Source: an uncultured Lachnospiraceae bacterium
Lineage (GTDB): Bacteria > Bacillota > Clostridia > Lachnospirales > Lachnospiraceae
Direction of reading: 5' to 3'
DNA length: 32,000 nt
Assembly (NCBI GenBank): GCA_910577045.1
Contig: CAJTLB010000003.1
Location: forward strand, 98,379-130,378
In this document: positions 24,938 to 32,000 of the stretch, piece after piece
Layout: every line of letters starts with the position of its first letter
How positions within the stretch are numbered: position 1 is the first letter of the stretch
Translations under genes and position numbers: made by a program
Notes under the pieces: model-generated
What the model was told of the DNA's origin: nothing
Databases searched by the model: none
The model's input: the letters and a program-made list of their open reading frames with translations, nothing else

Positions 24938-27157
24938 TTAGTGCATGGATTTTCGATATTCCCCTGGTGTAATGCCGACTACTTGTTTAAAACGCCGGAT
25001 AAAACTATTCGTGTTATAATAGCCCACTTCTTCTGCCACAATATCAAGTGGCATGGTAGAGGTGGTAAGTAGTTTTTTTGCCTTCTGTATCCTAAGTTCC
25101 GTGGTATAATCTAAAATAGTAATATTTTTTTTGTTTTTAAAATATTGGCTCATAGAAGAGCTGTTCATATCAAGGCTATTTGCCATTTCCTGGATAGAAA
25201 AACTGCAATTATCATAGTTTTCTTGAATAAATTGCTCAATTTTTTCAAGCATGGAAGTATCATGATGTTCTGTTTTTTTCTTTTTCCTATTTTGTTCTAA
25301 TTCCTTTAAAATTTGCTGGAAAATATTTTCATAATCTTCAATAGATTCTAAATACCGGAACATAAGAGTATCAGTAGTGGAAGAAATATTGGTGTCTTTT
25401 TTCTGTGTAATAATAAGGTAAGCAATATTTTCACAAATTCCCTTTGCTAAAGAAGCAGGAAGGTTTCCCGTTTTTGCTAGTGAAATTATATTTTCTAGGG
25501 AGGAACGGGCTTTCTGGTAATTTTCTGCTTTTAAGCTATTCTGAAAATCAGAAAGCTCAGAAGAAGGATAGAAAAGTGCAGTATCCATATTAATGTTTTG
25601 GAAAAATACCAGTTTCCGCCTGCCAACAGAAAAGAATTCGCGTTCTGAAATAGAGGCTTCATAATAGGAAGTTGGTATGGCATCAATATTATGATATAGG
25701 TTGCCAACACTGACAGAAAGTGAAATGCCATATTTAGAAAAAGCTTCTGTAATAAAATTTTCTAAAGGTGTGCAAAGTTGGCTTATATTAGGTTTGTCTG
25801 TGCCTAATAACATACAATAACGGTCTGGTTCAAATAATTCTCTATAATAATATTCATATTCTGATAAAGCTGAAGCAAAAAGTCTATATAAAGAATCCCT
25901 AGATATTTTAGTATTTTCTTCTTCTGGGAAAATATGGAACAGTAAAACGGCATAATATTCTTTAGAAAGCTGGATACCAAGTAAATGCCCAGCTTGGTTA
26001 AACTGTTCCCTTGTTGTTATTTTACCTTTTAAAAGAGAGAAAAGTAAGGAATCTTGAAGAGGGAAAATATCTTTGGTTTCTTTTAGTTTATTTGTTAAAT
26101 CCCGGTTTTGGTTATATAAAAATTCTAGTACTTCTTGTAGGGTAGTAATCGCATCATTGTTATTAGCAGTTTCTAAAAGTTCTTTCCCACTGTTTGCAAG
26201 TGCCTTGATAGGGGCATAATTCATATTCATAGAATAACGTATAATTAAGAGGGCAACTGCTAAACAAGAAATTAACATGGCATAAAATACTGTTTGGATC
26301 CCCCTAGAAATCTTATAATAAGAAGACATAGGAAATAGAGTTATATAACATAGGTTATAATAGGAGGAAGAGGAAGCAAAAACAACATAATCTCCTAAAC
26401 GGTTAGCATGGGCAGAATCAAAGTCTAAGGTAGGGAGGATTTGCTCTAGCTTGTGGATAGTTTCCTCTGGGATATCAGGTTTAGACTGTATTAATAGGTT
26501 CCCTTGGTTATCATAAATAAAGCTTATAGCATTCATTTGGTTCATTGGTTCTAAAAATTGCCGGAAATTTTCTGCTTCCACCCAAAATAATACGCTTGCT
26601 TCTGGAAAATTACTAAATGTAGAAGGAGGGTTAATAAAAGTAATATAAGGGTTTCCATTATCAGGGTTATTAGAAGTGAGGATTGCCCGGAGTTTTATAT
26701 TTTTTAAAGCATTTTCTGGCTGTTCTAGCGTAGGGAACTCATATAAAGAATGAAATAGCAAAGAAAATGGGCATATGCCATTAGAGGTATATACCATTTC
26801 CATATTATAAGGATATAAGGCAATTTCACTAATAAAGGGATTTACAGAAATATAACTGTGCAAGGTATTTACAATTTTAATATCTTTTGATGGGGAATCC
26901 TCCATTAAAAAATAGGATAATAAATTGGGGTTGGCAGTTGTAATCTGGTAATCTATCCGATAAAGCTGTTCTACTTCAGAATCCACACTAAAGACCATTT
27001 GCTGGAATGTGGATGAGTGGTAGGCATCAATTTCTTTTTTTAGGTGTGGATCTAAATAGCCAAATAAAAATAGGATAAAAGAAAAAAAAGCTACTACCAA
27101 TAGCGCTAAATAAGAACATAAAAAGCGCAAATAGGTTTTAGGCAGATGAGCAAACAT
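24938..27157 (-). CDS. Membrane-tethered AraC-family one-component regulator (TM, ~250-aa extracytoplasmic sensor, TM, cytoplasmic linker, AraC HTH)
   Basis: The start was moved to ATG 27157 (MFAHLPKTY...), 7 nt after GGAGA on the minus strand. TM1 is LRFLCSYLALLVVAFFSFILFLFGYL and TM2 is IQTVFYAMLISCLAVALLIIRY. The C-terminal AraC HTH is SIQEMANSLDMNSSSMSQYFK...IVAEEVGYYNTNSFIRRFKQVVGITPGEYRK. No receiver or kinase motifs are seen. Confidence 0.8.
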   Translation of the reverse strand: MFAHLPKTYLRFLCSYLALLVVAFFSFILFLFGYLDPHLKKEIDAYHSSTFQQMVFSVDSEVEQLYRIDYQITTANPNLLSYFLMEDSPSKDIKIVNTLHSYISVNPFISEIALYPYNMEMVYTSNGICPFSLLFHSLYEFPTLEQPENALKNIKLRAILTSNNPDNGNPYITFINPPSTFSNFPEASVLFWVEAENFRQFLEPMNQMNAISFIYDNQGNLLIQSKPDIPEETIHKLEQILPTLDFDSAHANRLGDYVVFASSSSYYNLCYITLFPMSSYYKISRGIQTVFYAMLISCLAVALLIIRYSMNMNYAPIKALANSGKELLETANNNDAITTLQEVLEFLYNQNRDLTNKLKETKDIFPLQDSLLFSLLKGKITTREQFNQAGHLLGIQLSKEYYAVLLFHIFPEEENTKISRDSLYRLFASALSEYEYYYRELFEPDRYCMLLGTDKPNISQLCTPLENFITEAFSKYGISLSVSVGNLYHNIDAIPTSYYEASISEREFFSVGRRKLVFFQNINMDTALFYPSSELSDFQNSLKAENYQKARSSLENIISLAKTGNLPASLAKGICENIAYLIITQKKDTNISSTTDTLMFRYLESIEDYENIFQQILKELEQNRKKKKTEHHDTSMLEKIEQFIQENYDNCSFSIQEMANSLDMNSSSMSQYFKNKKNITILDYTTELRIQKAKKLLTTSTMPLDIVAEEVGYYNTNSFIRRFKQVVGITPGEYRKSMH

Positions 27158-27257
27158 AAAAAAATCTCCTTTTCTATAGAAGGACATATCAATAAACATA
27201 GTTCTATTTTAACAGAAAAAAGGGTTACAGTAAATATAGTATTTATCTCCTGTAAGC

Positions 27258-27286
27258 TTGATTAAAAGAATATTTTTCTGTATACT
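27258..27286 (+). promoter_or_regulatory. SigA-type promoter for the small acidic ORF
   Basis: TTGATT (27258-27263), N17, TATACT (27281-27286), about 60 nt upstream of ATG 27346. Confidence 0.5.
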
Positions 27287-27345
27287 TAAAAGACAAAGGT
27301 AGAATAGACTAGAAAAATATGAAAAAGAAGAAAGGAGACTGAAAA

Positions 27346-27759
27346 ATGAAAAATTTTCAATCGTATAATGCAGAAAAGTACACTGAATCAAAATACAAAG
27401 AGGTGGAGGAAGGGATTTATCAGACCAAAGATCCATACAATATTTCAAAAGAAGATATTTATGTAACATCAGTAACCTTTGAGTTTGATCCAGAAAAGTA
27501 CGAAGAAGAGGAAGCTTCCCCAAAAGATATGCCCCAGATTCCAATTGAAGCGATATTAGATGAGTTTGACTTGTTTGTTACAGACTTTTATGATGGCCTT
27601 AATAAAGATAGTGAGAAAACTTGTTATCAAGAATTTGGAAGTTTACATATAGAAGGAGTTAGGAGGTTAAGAGGGATAATTGGAAAGCAGGCATATGTTA
27701 TGCCATATAATGAAGAGGAAGATGAGGATGAAGAATACAGTGAATTAGTAATAGAGTGA
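27346..27759 (+). CDS. Hypothetical small acidic protein (137 aa), no recognised family
   Basis: Strong RBS AAAGGAGA before the ATG. It has its own promoter-like element and its own strong terminator. Glu/Asp-rich, and no signal peptide or TM. Confidence 0.6.
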   Translation: MKNFQSYNAEKYTESKYKEVEEGIYQTKDPYNISKEDIYVTSVTFEFDPEKYEEEEASPKDMPQIPIEAILDEFDLFVTDFYDGLNKDSEKTCYQEFGSLHIEGVRRLRGIIGKQAYVMPYNEEEDEDEEYSELVIE

Positions 27760-27765
27760 ATAAAG

Positions 27766-27803
27766 ACCTTTACAAGCTTTAATGCTTTGTAAAGGTTTTT
27801 TTA
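27766..27803 (+). terminator. Rho-independent terminator after the acidic ORF
   Basis: Stem ACCTTTACAA / TTGTAAAGGT, extendable via AAGC/GCTT with one bulge, followed by TTTTTTTATT. Confidence 0.88.
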
Positions 27804-27856
27804 TTGGCTAAAATACAAGGGAAAGAAGAGTATTCAATTTTTTACGCCAAGCATTT

Positions 27857-27914
27857 TGCACAAAAAAATGTAGATTTCAAAAAAATGAATAGCAATATGC
27901 ACAAAATGTAGATT
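27857..27914 (+). promoter_or_regulatory. Two direct repeats TGCAC-A(n)-TGTAGATT upstream of / overlapping the -35 of the transporter promoter (candidate AraC-type operator)
   Basis: Repeat 1 is tgcacaaaaaaatgtagatt, starting at 27857. Repeat 2 is tgcacaaaatgtagatt at 27898-27914. Start-to-start spacing is 41 bp, and repeat 2 abuts the -35 TTGAAG. Confidence 0.5.
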
Positions 27915-27941
27915 GAAGGGTTTTTAAGAAGATATTATAGT
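27913..27941 (+). promoter_or_regulatory. SigA-type promoter for the ABC transporter operon
   Basis: TTGAAG (27913-27918), N17, TATAGT (27936-27941), about 40 nt upstream of GTG 27982. Confidence 0.5.
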
Positions 27942-27981
27942 GATAACAGATGCTTAGACTAATAAGATAGGGGGAAGTAAG

Positions 27982-30918
27982 GTGCCACGATTTAAGAGGA
28001 AAATGGGAAGTGTTATTTTAGCTTGTGGTATTCTAGCGGCTGAATTGTTTCACCTGCCTGGCATAGTGGTGCAGGCTGCAGGCAATACAGAAGTGAGCGC
28101 TAATGATGCCAGTATAAGTTCCATAGATGCCTTTTATGAAAATTACTATGAATATCAGGGAGATTTAGTAAAATCTTATTCTGATATTCAACTGGAATAT
28201 GGCGAAATGCAGTATGTTGGGGCAGAGGGAGAACTTCTGCTGCCAGAAAAAACAAAACGGCCTTCAGAGGAACATGGGACATGGGAATGGGAGTTTACAG
28301 TTGCAAAGAGTGGCTTATATGAAATAGAGGCAGATTATTTGGCAGAAGGTGGGAATGGCGCGAAGATCCAGAGAAAACTAATGATTGATGGAAGCGTGCC
28401 ATTCCAAGAAGCGAATAATATTTGTTTTTACCGCCGTTTTATTGAAGAGGAAGAGATTAAAATAAATGCAATTGGCGATGAAGTATGGCCCAAGCAGCAT
28501 GAAGAGGTTGTGCTACAGACACAAAAACTGGTGGACAGCCAAGGGTTTTTTGAAGAGCCATTGATGTTTTATCTTTCAGAAGGGAAACATACCATTAGCA
28601 TGGGTTATGTGGATCAGCCAATTACAATACAAGAGCTTCGTTTAATTGGGAAAGAGGAGCTGCCTTCTTATGAAGAACTTGCAAAAGAATATGAAAAGAA
28701 GGGATATCAGCCAGTATCCTCTGATGCTGTATTTTTATTACAAGCAGAGGAAAGCTCTTGGAAAAGTGATTCCGTAGTCCGTAGGGAGAGCAATGAAGAT
28801 CCAAAGACCCAGCCTTTTAATATGACTAGCCGGGTATTAAATACAGTAGGCGGGTACCGTTGGAGAATGGGGAACCAAAGTATTAGCTGGAATATTGAGG
28901 CAAAAGAGAGTGGGCTATACCAGCTTAATTTTAAAGTGCTCCAGTCAAGGGACGGTGGTATGCCATCTTTCCGTAGTATAGCAATTGATGGGGAAGTACC
29001 ATGCCAAGAATTGAATTTATATACATTTCCATATTCAGATAAATGGTATGGGGAAACTTTGTCAAATGAAAATGGGGAGCCATATTTAATTTATCTGGAA
29101 AAAGGGACACATGAATTAACAATGACAGTGAAAATGGGGCCACTTGCCGATATTATTGAAAGGACTACAAAAGATACGCAGGTATTATCAGAAATATCTA
29201 GGGAGATTATTAAAATTACAGGGGCAAACCCTGACCCTAACTATGAGTATGAATTATACCGTATTATGCCAGGATTAAGTGGGGAATTGGCAGAGTTAGC
29301 AGACCGTATTGAAGGATCGGCGGATATCTTGGCTTCTATCTCGAATAAAAGGACTTCTATGGAAAATAACTACCGCCAAATTGTAGAACAATTACGGAAG
29401 TTTTCAGCAAATGTAGACCGGATTCCAAAAGCACTTGGGGATTTAGATACAGCACAAGGGAATTTAGGGACATATATTACTACATTGGAGAAAAGCCCTT
29501 TAGCAATTGATTACATAGAAGCAGGAGTTCCGGGAAGTAAGTTTAAAATTCAGACTTCAAACTTTTTTGAACGCCTTTGGGTAACAATTGTAAACTTTTT
29601 CTTATCCTTTGTAAAGGACTATGACAGTATTGGCGGGGCAACAGGGGAAGGCGTAAACGAGGTATTAGATGTTTGGATTGCACGTGGTTCTGAATGGGGT
29701 GAAGTATTAAAAGAATTGGCAGATGAACAATTTACCCCAACTACTGGGATTGGCATTAACTTAAACGTAGTACCAAGCAACCAGCTTTCTACAGGTTCGG
29801 TAAATACTTTAATGATGTCTATTACATCTGGGACAGCACCAGACGTAGCACTTAGTGTGGCGCATAACTTACCTTCGGAATTTGCATTCCGTGATGCAGC
29901 CGTGGATCTAACCCAATTTGAAGGGTTTGAAGAAACCGTGTCACAGTTTTATCCAGACGCGCTAAAACCGTACCGGTTTATGGAAGGGGTATATGCGCTG
30001 CCAGAAACAATGGATTTTACTGTAATGATGTATAGAAAGGATATTATGGCAGAGCTTGGCTTAGATATTCCAAGGACATGGACACAGCTTTACCAAGAAG
30101 TACTGCCAGTATTATATGAAAACAGCATGTCTTTCTCTTTGCCAGTAGATACCTCGCAATCTAGTAATTCAGCAGATTCACAAAGAGGGTTTACCATGAT
30201 GCTGCTTCAAAATGGAGGGGCATATTATACAGAAGATGGGAAGAAGAGTGCGCTAGACAGCCCAGAGGCGTACCAAGCATTTAAAGTTTGGACAGAAATG
30301 TATAGCAATTATGACGTAGATGAAGAATCTAACCTGTTTAGCCGTATGAGGGCAGGGACAATGCCAATTGGGATAGGGAATTATGCTACTTATATGCAGC
30401 TTTCTACATCGGCGCCAGAGCTGTATGGGCGGTGGGGGATTGCCCCAGTCCCAGGGACAGAGCTAGCAGATGGCACAGTAAGCCATGCAGTTGGGACAAT
30501 GTCGTCTACAGCATGTATGATTTTTGAACAATCTGATAAAAAGGATGCAGCATGGGAATTTTTACAGTGGTGGATGAGTGAAGAAACACAGATTCAGTAT
30601 GGCAGGGAGTTGGAAGCCCTAATAGGGACATCAGCACGTTGGAATACTGCAAATGTCAGTGCATTTACAAGCCTGCCATGGGAAGATAATAATATTGATA
30701 TTATTACAGCCCAGATGGCAGAGGCAAGAGAACAATATATTGTGCCGGGTGGGTACTTTACAGGAAGGCATATTATTAATGCGTGGAACCGCACCATTTT
30801 AGGCAATGAGAGTGCAAGAGACTCCTTGGAGGCAGCAGTAAAGGATATTAATAAAGAGCTGGATGCCAAGATGAAGGAATTTGGATTGGAAAATGCAGAG
30901 ATTATTAGCCAGAAATAG
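27982..30918 (+). CDS. Giant extracellular solute-binding protein (carbohydrate ABC type) with N-terminal tandem CBM-like modules
   Basis: GTG start after AGGGGGAAG. The N-terminal signal/anchor is KRKMGSVILACGILAAELFHLPGIVVQA-AG. Two paralogous beta-sandwich-like modules share SGLY(E/Q)..., IDG(S/E)VP.QE and (F/I)YL(S/E).G.H..(S/T)M. A helical linker follows. The C-terminal ~420 aa (VLDVWIARGSEWGEVLKELADE...) has the sugar-type binding-protein fold pattern and length. Confidence 0.85.
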   Translation: MPRFKRKMGSVILACGILAAELFHLPGIVVQAAGNTEVSANDASISSIDAFYENYYEYQGDLVKSYSDIQLEYGEMQYVGAEGELLLPEKTKRPSEEHGTWEWEFTVAKSGLYEIEADYLAEGGNGAKIQRKLMIDGSVPFQEANNICFYRRFIEEEEIKINAIGDEVWPKQHEEVVLQTQKLVDSQGFFEEPLMFYLSEGKHTISMGYVDQPITIQELRLIGKEELPSYEELAKEYEKKGYQPVSSDAVFLLQAEESSWKSDSVVRRESNEDPKTQPFNMTSRVLNTVGGYRWRMGNQSISWNIEAKESGLYQLNFKVLQSRDGGMPSFRSIAIDGEVPCQELNLYTFPYSDKWYGETLSNENGEPYLIYLEKGTHELTMTVKMGPLADIIERTTKDTQVLSEISREIIKITGANPDPNYEYELYRIMPGLSGELAELADRIEGSADILASISNKRTSMENNYRQIVEQLRKFSANVDRIPKALGDLDTAQGNLGTYITTLEKSPLAIDYIEAGVPGSKFKIQTSNFFERLWVTIVNFFLSFVKDYDSIGGATGEGVNEVLDVWIARGSEWGEVLKELADEQFTPTTGIGINLNVVPSNQLSTGSVNTLMMSITSGTAPDVALSVAHNLPSEFAFRDAAVDLTQFEGFEETVSQFYPDALKPYRFMEGVYALPETMDFTVMMYRKDIMAELGLDIPRTWTQLYQEVLPVLYENSMSFSLPVDTSQSSNSADSQRGFTMMLLQNGGAYYTEDGKKSALDSPEAYQAFKVWTEMYSNYDVDEESNLFSRMRAGTMPIGIGNYATYMQLSTSAPELYGRWGIAPVPGTELADGTVSHAVGTMSSTACMIFEQSDKKDAAWEFLQWWMSEETQIQYGRELEALIGTSARWNTANVSAFTSLPWEDNNIDIITAQMAEAREQYIVPGGYFTGRHIINAWNRTILGNESARDSLEAAVKDINKELDAKMKEFGLENAEIISQK

Positions 30919-30966
30919 CTGCCAAATATTAAGAAAAGCTGCTTTTGCAGCAGATAGGGGGAATTT

Positions 30967-31875
30967 ATGAGCAATCATGATAAAATGAGCAAGTCAGCGG
31001 CCCATAAAAATGTGACTGGATATATGTTTTTAGCGCCGTTCCTCGTGCTGTTTTTCATATTTACGCTGGTTCCGGTAGCGGTTGCCATGTGTACCAGCCT
31101 AACCAATTATAATATGATACAAAAGCCATCCTTTGTTGGCCTTGAAAATTACCGTTTTTTGCTTTTGGATGATGATGTGTTTTTAATTGCGCTTCAAAAA
31201 ACCTTGTTTTTTGCCTTAGTTACTGGGCCCGTTGGTTATATGGCATCCTTCTTTATGGCATGGATTATTTCCTTATTGAAAAAGGGAAGAGGTTTTTTCG
31301 CCCTTGCATTTTATGCCCCTTCCCTTACCAGCGGGGTTGCAATGTCAACGATTTGGCTGATTATTTTCTCTGGTGACAGGTATGGATACTTAAATAATTT
31401 CTTATTACGGATAGGCTTAATTGCAGAGCCTATCCTCTGGACAAAAGATGCAAATTATGTGATGTGGGTTATTATTTTAATTTCTGTTTGGATGAGTATG
31501 GGTACTGGGTTTTTAGTATTCCTTGCAGGACTCCAAAATATTGACCCTGCACTTTATGAGGCAGCAAGGGTAGATGGAATTAAAAACCGTATACAAGAAC
31601 TTCGTTACATAACCATACCTTTAATGAAACCACAGCTTTTATTTGGCGCTATTAATTCGATTGTAAACTCCTTTGCTATTTTTGATGTGGCAACCAGTGT
31701 AGCAGGTATGCCAAGCCCAAACTATTCGGCGCATACGATTGTGGCACATCTATATGACTACGCATTTACTAGGTTTAATATGGGATATGCCTCAGCAGTA
31801 GCAATGGCATTATTCTTAATTACATTTGTTCTTGGCCGGGTATGTATGAAGATATTTAAGTCTGATACAGATTAA
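30967..31875 (+). CDS. Carbohydrate ABC transporter permease (MalF/UgpA-like)
   Basis: Six predicted TM segments and the EAA loop YEAARVDGIKNRIQELRYITIPLMKP. RBS AGGGGGA is present. Confidence 0.92.
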   Translation: MSNHDKMSKSAAHKNVTGYMFLAPFLVLFFIFTLVPVAVAMCTSLTNYNMIQKPSFVGLENYRFLLLDDDVFLIALQKTLFFALVTGPVGYMASFFMAWIISLLKKGRGFFALAFYAPSLTSGVAMSTIWLIIFSGDRYGYLNNFLLRIGLIAEPILWTKDANYVMWVIILISVWMSMGTGFLVFLAGLQNIDPALYEAARVDGIKNRIQELRYITIPLMKPQLLFGAINSIVNSFAIFDVATSVAGMPSPNYSAHTIVAHLYDYAFTRFNMGYASAVAMALFLITFVLGRVCMKIFKSDTD

Positions 31876-31930
31876 TAGGATTAATTAGGAAATAGAAATT
31901 AGCCGTATAAGCGGCAGATTGGGAGGAAAC

Positions 31931-32000
31931 ATGACAGGAAAAATCGTATTCCGAAAAGCGGCGCTTCGTAAGCCGAAGCTAAAAAAAGTACAAATGTCGC
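31931..32000 (+). CDS. Second ABC permease (partial, truncated by the window end); inferred from position only
   Basis: ATG 31931 lies 3 nt after GGGAGGAAAC. A basic N-terminus MTGKIVFRKAALRKPKLKK is visible. This is the expected position of the MalG/UgpE-like partner, but too little sequence is present to confirm it. Confidence 0.5.
   Translation, partial: MTGKIVFRKAALRKPKLKKVQMS

Noticed and set aside
27209-27544. 111-aa minus-strand ORF overlapping the promoter and 5' half of the acidic ORF
   Set aside because: The + strand gene has an RBS, promoter and terminator. The minus-strand ORF has none of these, and its product is low-complexity.
30938-30951. Small GCTGC-TTTT-GCAGC hairpin between the binding-protein gene and the first permease
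   Set aside because: It has only a 5-bp stem and no T-tract. It might stabilise the upstream mRNA segment but is too weak to call as a terminator.

Overview
This is a low-GC Firmicutes/Clostridia-type chromosomal segment. It looks Lachnospiraceae-like from the protein character, but that is inference only. Nearly all of the window is coding. Gene order is as follows. (1) TetR regulator. (2) Cytoplasmic GH13 enzyme and GlgB. (3) A minimal flagellar cluster: a 937-aa acidic repeat protein with a FliK-like C-terminus, a lipoprotein, a 586-aa flagellin and FliS, followed by a MarR regulator. (4) DUF885 lipoprotein. (5) A 986-aa sortase-anchored surface protein with a choice-of-anchor-A-like domain and an 18/72-bp in-frame tandem repeat array. 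(6) NusG-domain-II protein and Gx transporter. (7) gdhA. (8) AAC(3)-like acetyltransferase, divergent from an AraC/GyrI-like regulator. (9) A Met-type T-box leader, then metG, a VanY-like M15B peptidase, tatD and rsmA. (10) A membrane-tethered AraC-type one-component sensor. (11) A small acidic orphan gene. (12) A 978-aa ABC solute-binding protein fused to two CBM-like modules, followed by two permeases, the second cut by the window end. I found no tRNA/rRNA, CRISPR array, transposase/integrase, prophage gene or recognisable defence system. I cannot support a claim of a clearly novel multi-gene system. The most unusual items are the sensor-AraC / direct-repeat operator / giant CBM-fused binding-protein transporter locus, and the flagellin cluster with its FliK-like acidic protein and CsrA-type leader. 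Several ORF-track starts look too far upstream and were moved to the start codon that has a proper Shine-Dalgarno sequence.
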